Virus record (IMG/VR): IMGVR_UViG_3300027747_002427
Strand: one strand, 5' to 3'
Source of the DNA: a virus
Taxonomy: Duplodnaviria > Caudoviricetes
Length of the DNA stretch: 64,000 bases
The position numbers were made by a program, and so were the translations under genes. Below are positions 26,539 through 36,702 of the stretch, in pieces (the first letter of the stretch is position 1; the number at the start of each line of letters is the position of its first letter). Under the pieces are notes generated by a model, which ran no database searches, had not been told where the DNA came from, and saw only the letters and a list, made by a program, of their open reading frames with translations.

Positions 26539-26730
26539 TTTACGGTGGCTTTGTTTCCACCATTTACACCAACCATTTGGTTTAATATCACCAGCTACAG
26601 CTGAACACTTATTAGGCGAACGCCACATAGTACATTCATCACAGCGTTGACCCTTTACAGTGTGATCAACGTAACCTGCTTCTGATTTAGGATGTTTGGC
26701 TTTTTCTTCTATAAATGTTTTGAAATTCAT
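26533..26730 (-). CDS. High-potential iron-sulfur protein (HiPIP) with CTS-like N-terminus
   Basis: Y...GQRCDECTMW.SPNKCSAVAGDIKPNGWCKWW = C-x2-C-x8-C-x12-C with GWC. Confidence 0.8.
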   Translation of the reverse strand: MNFKTFIEEKAKHPKSEAGYVDHTVKGQRCDECTMWRSPNKCSAVAGDIKPNGWCKWWKQSHRKS

Positions 26731-26738
26731 AGAATTAT

Positions 26739-28412
26739 TTATGCCTCACAACTCTTACAAGTCATAATTGAACGAGCAAGTTCTTTTGCTGGGTTAGAAC
26801 TTCTCTGATAATAGAGACTTTTAATTCCATTTTCCCATGCAAAAATGATAAGCTCATTTACTGCTTTAGGCGGTGTTCCTGCTGGAATCATAAGATTCAA
26901 ACTTTGACCCTGATCAATATATTTTTGTCTAGCAGATGCTTGAATAACAATTTCTTTTTGAGAAGTTTCAGCAAAGGTTTTAAATACATCTTTTTCTTCT
27001 TGAGTAAGAAAATTAAGATGTTGAATTGATCCTCCATGAGTTAGAATATCTTTCCAGGTTTCTTCGTCATTCTTATCTTTGGATTTGAGTAATGCTTTAA
27101 GATAAGGATTTTTATAAGTGAATTTGCCCTTTGCTAAATCTTTAACAAAGTAATTTGATTCTAAAGGTTCAATACTTGGAGATACTTGACCAAGAATAAA
27201 TGAACTAGAGGTTGTAGGAGCTACCGCTAAAGTAGTCGTATTTCTACGATTGCAACCTTTTAGTAATTCTGGTTCTCCTATTAATTCGGAAAGATCTTTA
27301 GTTGCTTTGTCTGCTCTTTCTCTTATGGTTTTCCAAATAGTTGAATTAAGAAGCTTTGCTTCCATGGATTCAAATGCAATCATTTTAGATTGTAAAAGTG
27401 AATGCCAACCGAGAATACCAAGACCTAATGCTCTATGCCTTACTGCAAAATTTCTAGGCGCATCCATAAAAGGCATACCTTCGGTTTTATTAATAAATTC
27501 TGACATAACAGCATCCAAGAAATAAATCATCGTTTCTACTGCATCAGTATCTTTCCATTCTTCCCACTTTTCCAAATTCATAGAAGAAAGATCACAAACA
27601 AATGATTCTTCTTCATTATTAGGAAGCATAATTTCTGTACAAAGATTAGAATGATTAATCTTCATCTTTGCATCTTTATAAACTTGCGGAGCTTGATTGT
27701 TTACATTATCGGTAAAGAAAATATAAGGATAACCAGATTCAAAACGCTTCTTAAGAACAAGACCCCAAATTCTACGCTTTTCTTTATCTCCTTCAATCAT
27801 AGATTTCATCCATTCATCGGTAATGGTAACACCGATAGAAAGATTTTGAATACTGTTTCCTTCTGAGCGAATAGCTAAGAATTCTTCTATGTCCTTATGA
27901 TCAATAGGAAGATATGAAGCAAAAGACCCACGACGAACATTCCCTTGAGAAATGACACTCATGAGGCTTTCAAAGAGTTCCATGAAATGAACCGTACCTG
28001 TAGATTCACCACCTGATGAGATAGGTTCTCCTCTGCCTCTTAAGGAGCCGAAATAAGCTGAAGTACCTCCACCTCCTTTTGTCATCATTCCAACTTCTGA
28101 AACCTTTTCTAAGATACCTTCCATGGTATCTGGAATATGAGAACCGAAGCAAGAAATAGGAAGACCTCTTTTACGACCGAAATTAGACCAAATAGGAGAT
28201 GCTAAAGAATAAAATCCTCTATGCATGTAATCTTCAAACTTTTTTGCAAATTTTGTATCGCCTGTAAATTCTACTAAAATCTTTTGAGCAGCTTTTGCTA
28301 TATCATGAATTCTTTGTTCTGGTGTTTCGTCTTCTAAAAGATAACCTCTCTGGAGAAATTTTCTTGAATCCTTGTTTAGCCAATAAATGTTGCTTGTTGC
28401 CTCTGTAGTCAT
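26739..28412 (-). CDS. nrdA: Class I ribonucleotide reductase alpha subunit
   Basis: PISCF, GGGTS, SQGNVRRG, SNLCTEI, APTTSSS, SLYYQRS, C-terminal CKSCE. Confidence 0.95.
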   Translation of the reverse strand: MTTEATSNIYWLNKDSRKFLQRGYLLEDETPEQRIHDIAKAAQKILVEFTGDTKFAKKFEDYMHRGFYSLASPIWSNFGRKRGLPISCFGSHIPDTMEGILEKVSEVGMMTKGGGGTSAYFGSLRGRGEPISSGGESTGTVHFMELFESLMSVISQGNVRRGSFASYLPIDHKDIEEFLAIRSEGNSIQNLSIGVTITDEWMKSMIEGDKEKRRIWGLVLKKRFESGYPYIFFTDNVNNQAPQVYKDAKMKINHSNLCTEIMLPNNEEESFVCDLSSMNLEKWEEWKDTDAVETMIYFLDAVMSEFINKTEGMPFMDAPRNFAVRHRALGLGILGWHSLLQSKMIAFESMEAKLLNSTIWKTIRERADKATKDLSELIGEPELLKGCNRRNTTTLAVAPTTSSSFILGQVSPSIEPLESNYFVKDLAKGKFTYKNPYLKALLKSKDKNDEETWKDILTHGGSIQHLNFLTQEEKDVFKTFAETSQKEIVIQASARQKYIDQGQSLNLMIPAGTPPKAVNELIIFAWENGIKSLYYQRSSNPAKELARSIMTCKSCEA

Positions 28413-28443
28413 AACCTGTTTTATATTTTATCTCTTTTTAAGA

Positions 28444-29415
28444 TTAAAACAAGTCTGATTCGTCAAAAGATTGATTCTTTTTTGAGTACTCAACTGGACG
28501 AGAATGGAAAAAGTCGGTCATGTTATTTCCAAGAAGCTCTTCTTCAAACCATTTAGTTTTGCTTAATAATTCCTTATCAACTTCAAAAACCGGTTTGAAC
28601 TTAATTTGTTTGAGAGAATCATTAATACGATTCTTAATAAATTCTTTAAGAATAGGTGCAGTAAGATTTTCTTCTTTAATACCGTTAACCATCCAATCAA
28701 CAATTTCTGATTCGGATTCAAAAGCTTGCTTTGCTTCATGTGCAATCTTTGCTTCCAATTCTTCATCAAAAAGCTCTGGATACTCTTCTCTAATTGTATT
28801 AATGATTCTAGTACCAACAAGTCCATGAATCTGTTCTTCGTTACGAGTATACTTTACTTGTTGATCAGTATCCTTTAAGACATTCTTAAATCTCGCAAAC
28901 CAATTAATGACATAGAATTGTGAGAATAGAGAAACATTCTCAACGAACAATGTAAATAAGATTAAAGCATAAAGATATTGCTTCTTGGAATCCTTATAGA
29001 AGCGATGTGTATACTTTCTAAGATATTTTACACGACCTTCAATCCAATCTAACTTGAGGTTCTCTTCAAAAATATCTTCCAAGCCAAGAGCTGAAATTAA
29101 TCTTTCATATGCATTGTTATGAATAACTTCCACGTTAGCCATTACATATCCAAGATCAGAAAGTGATGGGTGAGGAAGATTCTCACCAAGTTTTGCCCAA
29201 AAGGTTTTGACTGCTATTTCAATTTGACCGATAGCTGAGAGAGTACGGATAACAATTTCTCTTTCCTGATCATTAAGATTTACTTTAAATTGTTGAATAT
29301 CAGATTTAAAATTGAATTCTTTGTCGGTCCAAAAGCCGTTGTGCATGGCTTCAATAAATTCTTCTGTCCAAGGATAAAGGTTAGGTTTGCGTGAAATTTG
29401 TTCATTGAATATCAT
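28444..29415 (-). CDS. nrdB: Class I ribonucleotide reductase beta subunit
   Basis: FWTDKE, EVIHNNAY, FVENVSLFSQF, NEEQIH, C-terminal DLF. Confidence 0.95.
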   Translation of the reverse strand: MIFNEQISRKPNLYPWTEEFIEAMHNGFWTDKEFNFKSDIQQFKVNLNDQEREIVIRTLSAIGQIEIAVKTFWAKLGENLPHPSLSDLGYVMANVEVIHNNAYERLISALGLEDIFEENLKLDWIEGRVKYLRKYTHRFYKDSKKQYLYALILFTLFVENVSLFSQFYVINWFARFKNVLKDTDQQVKYTRNEEQIHGLVGTRIINTIREEYPELFDEELEAKIAHEAKQAFESESEIVDWMVNGIKEENLTAPILKEFIKNRINDSLKQIKFKPVFEVDKELLSKTKWFEEELLGNNMTDFFHSRPVEYSKKNQSFDESDLF

Positions 29416-29464
29416 ATATTTGTCTTCTATTTAGTAAATGATTATCTATATTTTCAGATAATAA

Positions 29465-29890
29465 TCACTTAGTTTTTGAAGTATTTTTTTTATTCAATAA
29501 CCTTTTGTTTTTCAAGTATTTACGCTTTCTGTATTTGGATCTTTTTTCTATCTTCTCTAAAAAATTCTTTTGTATTTCAGATTTATAAATTTTAGATGAA
29601 ATGTGTTTCAGGAAAGCCGCGTTTTCTAATTGTGAAACACCATTAATGATTCTCTTTTCTGTATAAAGAACTTGTGTTTCACTCCATTCTGGGAACAAAT
29701 AATGTATACATTCATGGTAGGCTGTAGCTAATAATTCTCCGCTTGGATTAAACACTAAATCAGTCCAATTACATAAGCCATGTGTACCTCTCATCTTTTT
29801 TAATGAAAAGAACTCAGCTGGTTTACGTTTAACCAAACTTAAACACCTTTTATATATAATAGATATTTCATTTTTGGTTATCTTTTTCAT
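29465..29890 (-). CDS. Basic protein with HExxH motif
   Basis: AYHECIHY; TAAGTA 5 nt upstream. Confidence 0.45.
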   Translation of the reverse strand: MKKITKNEISIIYKRCLSLVKRKPAEFFSLKKMRGTHGLCNWTDLVFNPSGELLATAYHECIHYLFPEWSETQVLYTEKRIINGVSQLENAAFLKHISSKIYKSEIQKNFLEKIEKRSKYRKRKYLKNKRLLNKKNTSKTK

Positions 29891-29938
29891 TTCAATACTT
29901 AGATTATAAAAGCCTTTTAATTCATTTCAAGTTGATAG

Positions 29939-31180
29939 TTGTTTATATTGCTTTATATTAATAGAAGTATGTTCAATTTAAATAGCAAAAATATAATGAA
30001 ATTGTCTAAAGATAATGGTGAAATTTATTATAACCTTGTCAATGACAACGAGTTTCCTATAAGAAGATATATAGAAAACACTTACGGGGTAGCCCCTAGT
30101 TTTTGCTATCCTGATGAAGAATTTACTGGTGAAATATTATCGTTTCTTTTAAAAGGTGGTAAATTAATGAATTTTACTTCCACTGGAAAGATAGAATTAT
30201 TAGAAAAAGACAGTATCAAAGGAGTAAGAGGTGGTACTTTTTGGTTTCTGTATAAAAAGGTTTTTGTAAGATTATCCATTAAAAATCAAACCGATGAAAA
30301 AGAACATCTTTCTATTTCAGCCGGATTTAGCCCTCCATTAGAATGGTCTGAGGTAGAAAAAGATAAACAATATTCACCTTCACAAATTTTTAATTTAGGT
30401 TTCATATTTCCTTCTAATGTTCAAGATATTCCTTTTAAAGATTTTGTAGAATTTATTCATAAACCAGCTAAAGGTAGAGTTCATCTTTTTATTAAGACAC
30501 AATATGGTGAATATGATTTTGAGCCTATTTCAGTGGATATTCCAGATAATGTTGATTTAGCATTAAATTATGGAAAAGACTTCGTAGAAATAGATAAAAC
30601 TATTAAAGAAAGACTTTCAGAAAAATCTAGTGGTCTTTATATGTTCCATGGACCTCCAGGAACAGGTAAGACTACCTATATCAAGTATTTAGCAGGTCAA
30701 ATTGATAGAGATTTTATCTATATTCCTACAAGTATGTTAGAATTCTTTACTTCAGATCCAAATAGCTTATCAGTTCTGTTACAAAAACCTAATTCAATTC
30801 TTATTTTAGAAGACGCAGAAAAGGCTATTATTAAAAGAGAAGATAATGGCATGGCTTCTTCTGTATCATCACTTTTAAATCTGTCTGATGGTATTATGAG
30901 TGATATCTTAAAAACAGCAGTCGTATTAACTTATAATTGCTCTAGACAAGAAGTTGATGAAGCTTTAAAAAGAAAAGGTCGTCTTCGTGTTGATTATGAA
31001 TTTGATCTTCTAAAGATTGAAGATGCTAAAAATTTAGCAAAGTCCTTGAATTATTCTGATAAACTAATAGAATCAGAGATTAAAGAAAAGATGTCTATTG
31101 CTGATATTTATAACTTAAAAGATAAAGTTAATTTCTATGAAGAGAAGGAAGAAGACGTTCCGCGTATTGGATTTAGATAA
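29939..31180 (+). CDS. AAA+ ATPase
   Basis: GPPGTGKT, LILEDAE, LLNLSDG, LKRKGR; true start may be a little downstream. Confidence 0.88.
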   Translation: MFILLYINRSMFNLNSKNIMKLSKDNGEIYYNLVNDNEFPIRRYIENTYGVAPSFCYPDEEFTGEILSFLLKGGKLMNFTSTGKIELLEKDSIKGVRGGTFWFLYKKVFVRLSIKNQTDEKEHLSISAGFSPPLEWSEVEKDKQYSPSQIFNLGFIFPSNVQDIPFKDFVEFIHKPAKGRVHLFIKTQYGEYDFEPISVDIPDNVDLALNYGKDFVEIDKTIKERLSEKSSGLYMFHGPPGTGKTTYIKYLAGQIDRDFIYIPTSMLEFFTSDPNSLSVLLQKPNSILILEDAEKAIIKREDNGMASSVSSLLNLSDGIMSDILKTAVVLTYNCSRQEVDEALKRKGRLRVDYEFDLLKIEDAKNLAKSLNYSDKLIESEIKEKMSIADIYNLKDKVNFYEEKEEDVPRIGFR

Positions 31181-31965
31181 TGGATAATTTTGCTAAATTA
31201 GAAAAGACCTTTGATAATATTCTATTTGTAGATAAAGATCATAGTTATAGAATTAATGGTAAGATTGCCAAGTATTCTGTAACTAAGATTCTTAAAAAAT
31301 ATGAGAAGCCATTTCCGAGAGATGAGATGGCTAAACACGTTGCTAATAAGAAAGGAGTTCTTATTGAAGATATTCTTCAGGAATGGGATTATAAGAGAGA
31401 CTATTCTTCTCACAAGGGTTCAGAGTTCCATTTGTTTGCTGAAAATTATTTGCAGCGTAGACAAATACCTATTGATAGAAAAGCTATAGAGGTTTTTTTA
31501 AAAGAAAATCATAATATAGGAACTGTAGAAGAATATTATAAAGAACAAGCTCATCTTATTACTAACTTTTTAAATTTTTATAATTGGTGGAAAGAAGATC
31601 ATGTTTTAGTAAAGCCAGAATTTGTAGTAGGAGATGAAGAAGCTAGTGTTTGCGGTACTATAGACAATCTTTCATATAATACAAAGACTAAAAAATTAGT
31701 TATATTTGACTACAAGACTAATAAAGCAATTGAAAAGAAAAATTCTAGAGGAGATACTTTATTAGCTCCTTTCCAATATCTTCCTTCATGTGAATTTGTA
31801 AAATATAGTTTACAACTTTGTCTTTATCAGCACATTATAGAAAAGCATACTGGTATGGAAATTGAAAAGAATTATATAGTGTGGGTAAACGGCAAAGATG
31901 ATTATGAATTAATAGAATGTTTAGACCTAAGTAAAGAGGTAGAGCAAATATTAAAAGATGCTTGA
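31180..31965 (+). CDS. PD-(D/E)xK exonuclease (Cas4/RecB-like fold)
   Basis: GSEFH, PE, GTIDNL, FDYKT, YSLQL. Confidence 0.85.
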   Translation: MDNFAKLEKTFDNILFVDKDHSYRINGKIAKYSVTKILKKYEKPFPRDEMAKHVANKKGVLIEDILQEWDYKRDYSSHKGSEFHLFAENYLQRRQIPIDRKAIEVFLKENHNIGTVEEYYKEQAHLITNFLNFYNWWKEDHVLVKPEFVVGDEEASVCGTIDNLSYNTKTKKLVIFDYKTNKAIEKKNSRGDTLLAPFQYLPSCEFVKYSLQLCLYQHIIEKHTGMEIEKNYIVWVNGKDDYELIECLDLSKEVEQILKDA

Positions 31966-32018
31966 AGTAAAATTTTAATTGAAATGGACATCAATTGAGG
32001 TAAATATATTCACAACAT

Positions 32019-32786
32019 ATGTCACTCATTAAATCATACCTCTCCGTATTAAACGAAGACACCAAGAAGACCTCCAATGTAGTCGCTGATAACACTGGAG
32101 AACTTGAAGGTTCTGAAAAGGCCAAGAATTTCGTTAAGGATTCCGGACCTGATGCAAATTGCACAGTCGAAACTCCAGTTGAAGGCAAATCACAAGCAGA
32201 CGTAACACCAGAGGAGTCAGCTCCTAAGTCAGTTAAGTCTGAATCAACAAATCCTTTCGACGTTCTTTATAATAAGGTTTTAGCCCAAGAAAATTGGGAG
32301 CTTGAAGAAGCTGAAGAGGAAGAAGAAGCCGGTGATGATAAGCCATTAGAATTTGCTGGTTTAGGTGAGCCAGAAGGCACCGCAGCTCATGAGCATGGCG
32401 AAGAATTAGGTCTCGAAGCAGTATTAGCTCATCTTAAAGGTGCAGTAGAAGCTTTAGAGAAATTAGTTTCCAGTGCAGTAAGCGATGAAGAAGAAGTTAC
32501 TGTTGGTGAAGAAGGGTCAGAAGTTGCTGAGCCAGTTGTACCAGAAGCCGTTGAAGCAGAAGTACTTGGTCATGCACTTAAGGATTCAGAAAAACTCTCA
32601 GCCGGTTTAACAAAAGGACATGAAGTCAAAGGTGCAGTACCAGTTACTAAGAAAGCTGGTTCAGTTGTAAAGGGTCCTAAGGTAGACGGAGAGCCAGAAG
32701 AGCTCAAGGGTAACCCAGAAGAATTACACGATAAGAGCAAGCAAAATGTTGGTGGTGTAACCCCAGGTAAGTCACTTTTCGCATAA
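32019..32786 (+). CDS. Acidic probable prohead core/internal protein
   Basis: E-rich; many x-x-E/A sites; late motif upstream; strong terminator downstream. Confidence 0.45.
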   Translation: MSLIKSYLSVLNEDTKKTSNVVADNTGELEGSEKAKNFVKDSGPDANCTVETPVEGKSQADVTPEESAPKSVKSESTNPFDVLYNKVLAQENWELEEAEEEEEAGDDKPLEFAGLGEPEGTAAHEHGEELGLEAVLAHLKGAVEALEKLVSSAVSDEEEVTVGEEGSEVAEPVVPEAVEAEVLGHALKDSEKLSAGLTKGHEVKGAVPVTKKAGSVVKGPKVDGEPEELKGNPEELHDKSKQNVGGVTPGKSLFA

Positions 32787-32810
32787 GGTTAATATAATAA
32801 ATATATCAAT

Positions 32811-32843
32811 AAAAAACTCCGTCGCAAGACGGAGTTTTTTTTT
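32811..32843. terminator. Rho-independent terminator, probably bidirectional
   Basis: AAAAAACTCCGTC-GCAA-GACGGAGTTTTTTTTT (GNRA loop, A and U tracts). Confidence 0.85.
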
Positions 32844-32866
32844 ACCCAAATTCCCTAAGTATCTTT

Positions 32867-33205
32867 ATGCAAGAAAGCTTTTCTTCATTTTTTAAAAATT
32901 CTACACCTCATACTAGAGAACATCAACAGAACCCTATGAGGTCAATGAATAGAAAACACTTGAATCAAGTGCCTTATTCCAAGGGCCAACAAGCTAATGA
33001 TCCTTTAGTAGATAGAATTGTAAAAAATGACAAATACGGAAAGTGGCCAAATATTGGTTATGCAACAGGGAAGAGATTAGCTAAGACTTATCACATTAAT
33101 CATACAGAAGATAAAGCATATTCCAAATCTATTAATCGCACTGGCATAACTTTAAGTTATAACCCACAAACAAAGAAATTTGGTTTGGAAAGATTAAAAA
33201 AATAA
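32867..33205 (+). CDS. Hypothetical late protein
   Basis: CCCTAAGTA 5 nt upstream. Confidence 0.5.
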   Translation: MQESFSSFFKNSTPHTREHQQNPMRSMNRKHLNQVPYSKGQQANDPLVDRIVKNDKYGKWPNIGYATGKRLAKTYHINHTEDKAYSKSINRTGITLSYNPQTKKFGLERLKK

Positions 33206-33206
33206 T

Positions 33207-33845
33207 ATGGAATCTCTACGTTATTTAAATAAAGAATACAACCTTAATGAAAGGTCAAACTTTAATGGTTGGTGGAAAGAACAAATTAATATTAATGGAC
33301 AAGAAGTTCAATATTTTACAAATGCTACAGTTCTTTCTGGTTCTAATTTCTTATACGGAGAAGATCCTTCTGCTGGTTTTAATCCATCTCAGCCTTTAAT
33401 AGTTTTATTGAATATTAGTAATGATTCTATTTTATTATCTAAATTTGGTATTATTGCTGATAGTGATTTATCTGGAGTAATTCATTATGAAACATATACA
33501 GAAACTTTCGGAGCTTCAACAGAACCAAAAGCCGGAGACGTAATGACCTTGTCTGAATTTGGTTCTGATCGTTTAAATTATCCTAAGAGAGGACCTAACA
33601 CTTATCAATTGACAGAAGTCATAGATGAGTTTCAAGGTAATCCATTAGGAGGTCATTATGTTTGGTTTTTCAAAGCTAAGCGCTACGATTACAGTATGGA
33701 AGGAAATGGAGCTAATAATCCAGGTCCTGGTCAAGGCAATGTAGCGCTTGATGATAACAATGCAGCTAATGCAGCAGGGTTAGAAAACTTTGATTACGTA
33801 GAAGAAAATCCTTGTAGTAATACTGGTATATACGGCGGTTATTAA
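33207..33845 (+). CDS. gp14: Neck/head-completion protein, T4 gp14-like
   Basis: LYGED, SKFG, EPKAGD, KRYDYSME patterns. Confidence 0.65.
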   Translation: MESLRYLNKEYNLNERSNFNGWWKEQININGQEVQYFTNATVLSGSNFLYGEDPSAGFNPSQPLIVLLNISNDSILLSKFGIIADSDLSGVIHYETYTETFGASTEPKAGDVMTLSEFGSDRLNYPKRGPNTYQLTEVIDEFQGNPLGGHYVWFFKAKRYDYSMEGNGANNPGPGQGNVALDDNNAANAAGLENFDYVEENPCSNTGIYGGY

Positions 33846-34162
33846 TCTACGTATTCAGTTTCTAATTCTGGATGCTCTTCACTTTGAGGTTCTGAGTAAC
33901 AAATTTTAATTTTATACTGTTCCTCTAAAATCTTTTTGAAAATAATATTTTCTGTTGATTCCATGTATTTGTGAATAGCTAAAGGTTTAAATTCTACATC
34001 ATCTATTTTAATACCTTTTTCCTCCGCTTTATCAGCAATAATATTAACTGCTTCATAAAGAGCAATCCATCTTGAAAGAGTAGATGCTTCTTGTTTGGTT
34101 TTATCCCACCAAGGCAAAGGGTTTTGCATAGGGCCTAGTTCTGTGTCGTGTTTTGTGTTCAT
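33842..34162 (-). CDS. Hypothetical protein
   Basis: Start moved to MNTKHDTE. Confidence 0.5.
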   Translation of the reverse strand: MNTKHDTELGPMQNPLPWWDKTKQEASTLSRWIALYEAVNIIADKAEEKGIKIDDVEFKPLAIHKYMESTENIIFKKILEEQYKIKICYSEPQSEEHPELETEYVD

Positions 34163-34166
34163 ATTT

Positions 34167-34595
34167 TTATGCTTCGATAGGAGGAGGTGTAGGTAATGCT
34201 GGAGGAGCAATATCTACTGGTTCGGTTATTCTAGCTACTGTAAAATTAATAGTCACTACATTTTTACCAGAACATTTATCACAATGAAATTCAATCCTCT
34301 CATTTTGATCTGGAATAAAGGTAATGATATTAGGTGCTTTGCAATAAGCACATTCTAATAGACTAGATAATTGCTCTAATTTATCTAACTCTTTTAATCG
34401 AGTCTTTTGACTAAAATAATTGTTGACTATATTAGCTAAAAATGTAAACAATACATATTGTATACAAGTTGCTAAAATAAATGGAACCCAAAAATTTCCA
34501 TTAATTAATTTGACGGATAAACCCACCATAGTCGAAATGAATAAGACGACTCCAGTGGATTTGATGAATGCTATAATATTTTTGTTAATCTTCAT
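34167..34595 (-). CDS. Two-TM protein with C-terminal Zn ribbon
   Basis: Two TMs; CAYC...CDKC. Confidence 0.55.
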   Translation of the reverse strand: MKINKNIIAFIKSTGVVLFISTMVGLSVKLINGNFWVPFILATCIQYVLFTFLANIVNNYFSQKTRLKELDKLEQLSSLLECAYCKAPNIITFIPDQNERIEFHCDKCSGKNVVTINFTVARITEPVDIAPPALPTPPPIEA

Positions 34596-34640
34596 GACTA
34601 GAAGATTTTGTATCAAATTGACTGGAACGTCAACAAGATT

Positions 34641-35096
34641 CTACTGATGTCCGGGGGTTTGTGGAGGCAAAGGACCTGCTAATGGGGCTACTGTTAATAG
34701 TTCATCTCCTATTAACTTTATATTTTGTAATGTCTTTATAGCACCTTTGTGTAATTGTTCTAATTGTCTTTTTTGATTATCAGAAATTGCTGCGTTCTGG
34801 TCAAGGCATGTTTTTATTTTATTTGTAGCAGCTGTTAAATAAACAAAGCTGTCTGCTAAATCATCAGAAACTGTTTGAAGTGGCCATGGCAAACTTTGGG
34901 TTTGTTCTGGTTGAGGTTCTGTAGGAGGAAATACAGGAGGGGCATTATGTTGATATGGGAAATTATACCCATCCTGTGTACTGAATCCGACAAAGTCTTT
35001 ACGAGGCGCTTCACTGGCTGCTCCGTAGTGAGCATTATTCCAGAGAGTGCTTATATCTTCATTGATAGCCTCGTTTAAAACCTTGTCCAAATCCAT
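34641..35096 (-). CDS. Hypothetical protein
   Basis: 151 aa ORF. Confidence 0.5.
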   Translation of the reverse strand: MDLDKVLNEAINEDISTLWNNAHYGAASEAPRKDFVGFSTQDGYNFPYQHNAPPVFPPTEPQPEQTQSLPWPLQTVSDDLADSFVYLTAATNKIKTCLDQNAAISDNQKRQLEQLHKGAIKTLQNIKLIGDELLTVAPLAGPLPPQTPGHQ

Positions 35097-35097
35097 A

Positions 35098-35283
35098 TTA
35101 AGCTACTTTTCCCTGTCTTACAAGATTACCGCAGCGACCACATTGCCAGCGAATATTCTTTTCTACTTTCTTAGTTCTTTGATCTACAACACTCTCAACT
35201 ATTCTACCGTCAACATGAGCACCACAAAAGGTGCATGCTATAGGTCTATTAGCGAGACTTTGATATTCTGGTCTATTATTCAT
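35098..35283 (-). CDS. Small Zn-ribbon protein
   Basis: CTFC...CGRC; start MNNRPEY. Confidence 0.55.
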   Translation of the reverse strand: MNNRPEYQSLANRPIACTFCGAHVDGRIVESVVDQRTKKVEKNIRWQCGRCGNLVRQGKVA

Positions 35284-35293
35284 ATTGATATAT

Positions 35294-36190
35294 TTACTTG
35301 TTATCACTTGGTTTCCAAGTAGAAATAACTTCACCATGTTTATTTTCTTTATTATGCTGGTGTTTATTTGCTTCTTCTAATTGCTTAGCTACATGAAGTT
35401 CTTTAAATTTATGGGTGATAAATTTACATAATTCTGAACGAACAATATCTTCTTCACTTAATTCCATACAGTATATGCCTTGAGTTTTAGCCTCATCGTT
35501 ATTGAATAATTCATACACTTTATTGAAACCCGACTTTCCATACGGAAGATCACTTTGTTCTGGGTCACCACAGAGAAACACTTTGGAAAATTCACCTATA
35601 CGACTCATGAGTGTGTGTATTTCTCTAGTTGAAAAGTTTTGAACTTCATCAGCACAAATGAATTTTGCAGAGAAATGAAGACCTCTAGCAAAATTAATAG
35701 GACATATAGTTAATCTATTATCTTTTTGAAGCTTATCTAATTGTGCTTTACAAAGAAGCTCTTCAAATTTATCATGAAAGGGTGTAAGATATACAGCTAT
35801 CTTTTCATCCAAAGTTCCTGGTAAGAAACCAAGTTTAGAATCCGAAGACTCAACTGCAGAACGAACTAGAACCATATCGGATATTCTCTTCATATTAAGA
35901 AGAGTCAATCCGCAATACATGGCAAGAGTTGTTTTAGAAGTTCCAGCTGGACCCTTCAATAAAAGAACTTTAGTACCTTTATCTAAAAATCTAGAAATGA
36001 TTTCTTTCTGTTTATTAGTCCAAGGTAAATTCTTAATAGTTAAATCAAATGAGATTTTATCTCTTTGAAATACATAAGGAGAATTGTCTGAGGTTTTTCC
36101 AGGTTCAACGGTAACTGGAGCCGTTTCGTGGCGGATACGACCTGATTGCTTTCGGTCATTTCCCTTTTTTGAGTGGGGTTTTTTACCCAT
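35294..36190 (-). CDS. phoH: PhoH-family ATPase
   Basis: GPAGTSKT, LVRSAVES...LGFLPGT, RGLHF, DEVQN, GDPEQSD, IVRS. Confidence 0.9.
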   Translation of the reverse strand: MGKKPHSKKGNDRKQSGRIRHETAPVTVEPGKTSDNSPYVFQRDKISFDLTIKNLPWTNKQKEIISRFLDKGTKVLLLKGPAGTSKTTLAMYCGLTLLNMKRISDMVLVRSAVESSDSKLGFLPGTLDEKIAVYLTPFHDKFEELLCKAQLDKLQKDNRLTICPINFARGLHFSAKFICADEVQNFSTREIHTLMSRIGEFSKVFLCGDPEQSDLPYGKSGFNKVYELFNNDEAKTQGIYCMELSEEDIVRSELCKFITHKFKELHVAKQLEEANKHQHNKENKHGEVISTWKPSDNK

Positions 36191-36203
36191 ATATAAAATT
36201 GTA

Positions 36204-36611
36204 TTAAGCTACTGCTCCGGGTACTGTTGTTTGAATTGCGTTAGATGATGGAGAACTTGTTGCAGGAGTAGTTGGAGTTGCAGGAGTAGTTGGTGTTGTA
36301 GTCGAACTCGGTTGACTTCCTGCTATTTTAACATCTAATCCAGATTTTGTTAAAAGTTCTAAAGCGGTTTTTTGATCTTCTGGACTAAGACTAGAAAATT
36401 TAGTAGGTGTTTTATCGTTTAAAACATCAGCCATTTTTGTTAAGATGTCATGATTCTCACCACCTTGTGTACCTAATTTGTCAAAAGTAGCATTTACAAT
36501 CTTTTGTGTTTGAGATGGTAAATTCTTTATAGCATTACCTGCTTGATTTAATGTAGCGGATGTTACATTGGTTTCGGCTTCGTTTATTATTTGATCAAAT
36601 TTTGTCATCAT
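36204..36611 (-). CDS. Hypothetical late protein with T/P-rich tail
   Basis: MTKFDQIINEAE; TTPATP repeats. Confidence 0.5.
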   Translation of the reverse strand: MMTKFDQIINEAETNVTSATLNQAGNAIKNLPSQTQKIVNATFDKLGTQGGENHDILTKMADVLNDKTPTKFSSLSPEDQKTALELLTKSGLDVKIAGSQPSSTTTPTTPATPTTPATSSPSSNAIQTTVPGAVA

Positions 36612-36702
36612 TATTATTTACTCTCAAATATGCAATAAATTATTTTTTTAAAAAAAATATCAAAACGTGCCTTTTGTAGGATAAATAGTCTCATAAATTT
36701 AT

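Noticed and set aside
31180-31965. Cas4 of a phage CRISPR system
   Set aside because: No repeat-spacer array or other cas genes seen, and no Fe-S Cys cluster. A generic PD-(D/E)xK exonuclease fits better.
36251-36300. Short TTPATP repeat as a regulatory DNA repeat
   Set aside because: Explained as a low-complexity protein linker in 36204..36611.
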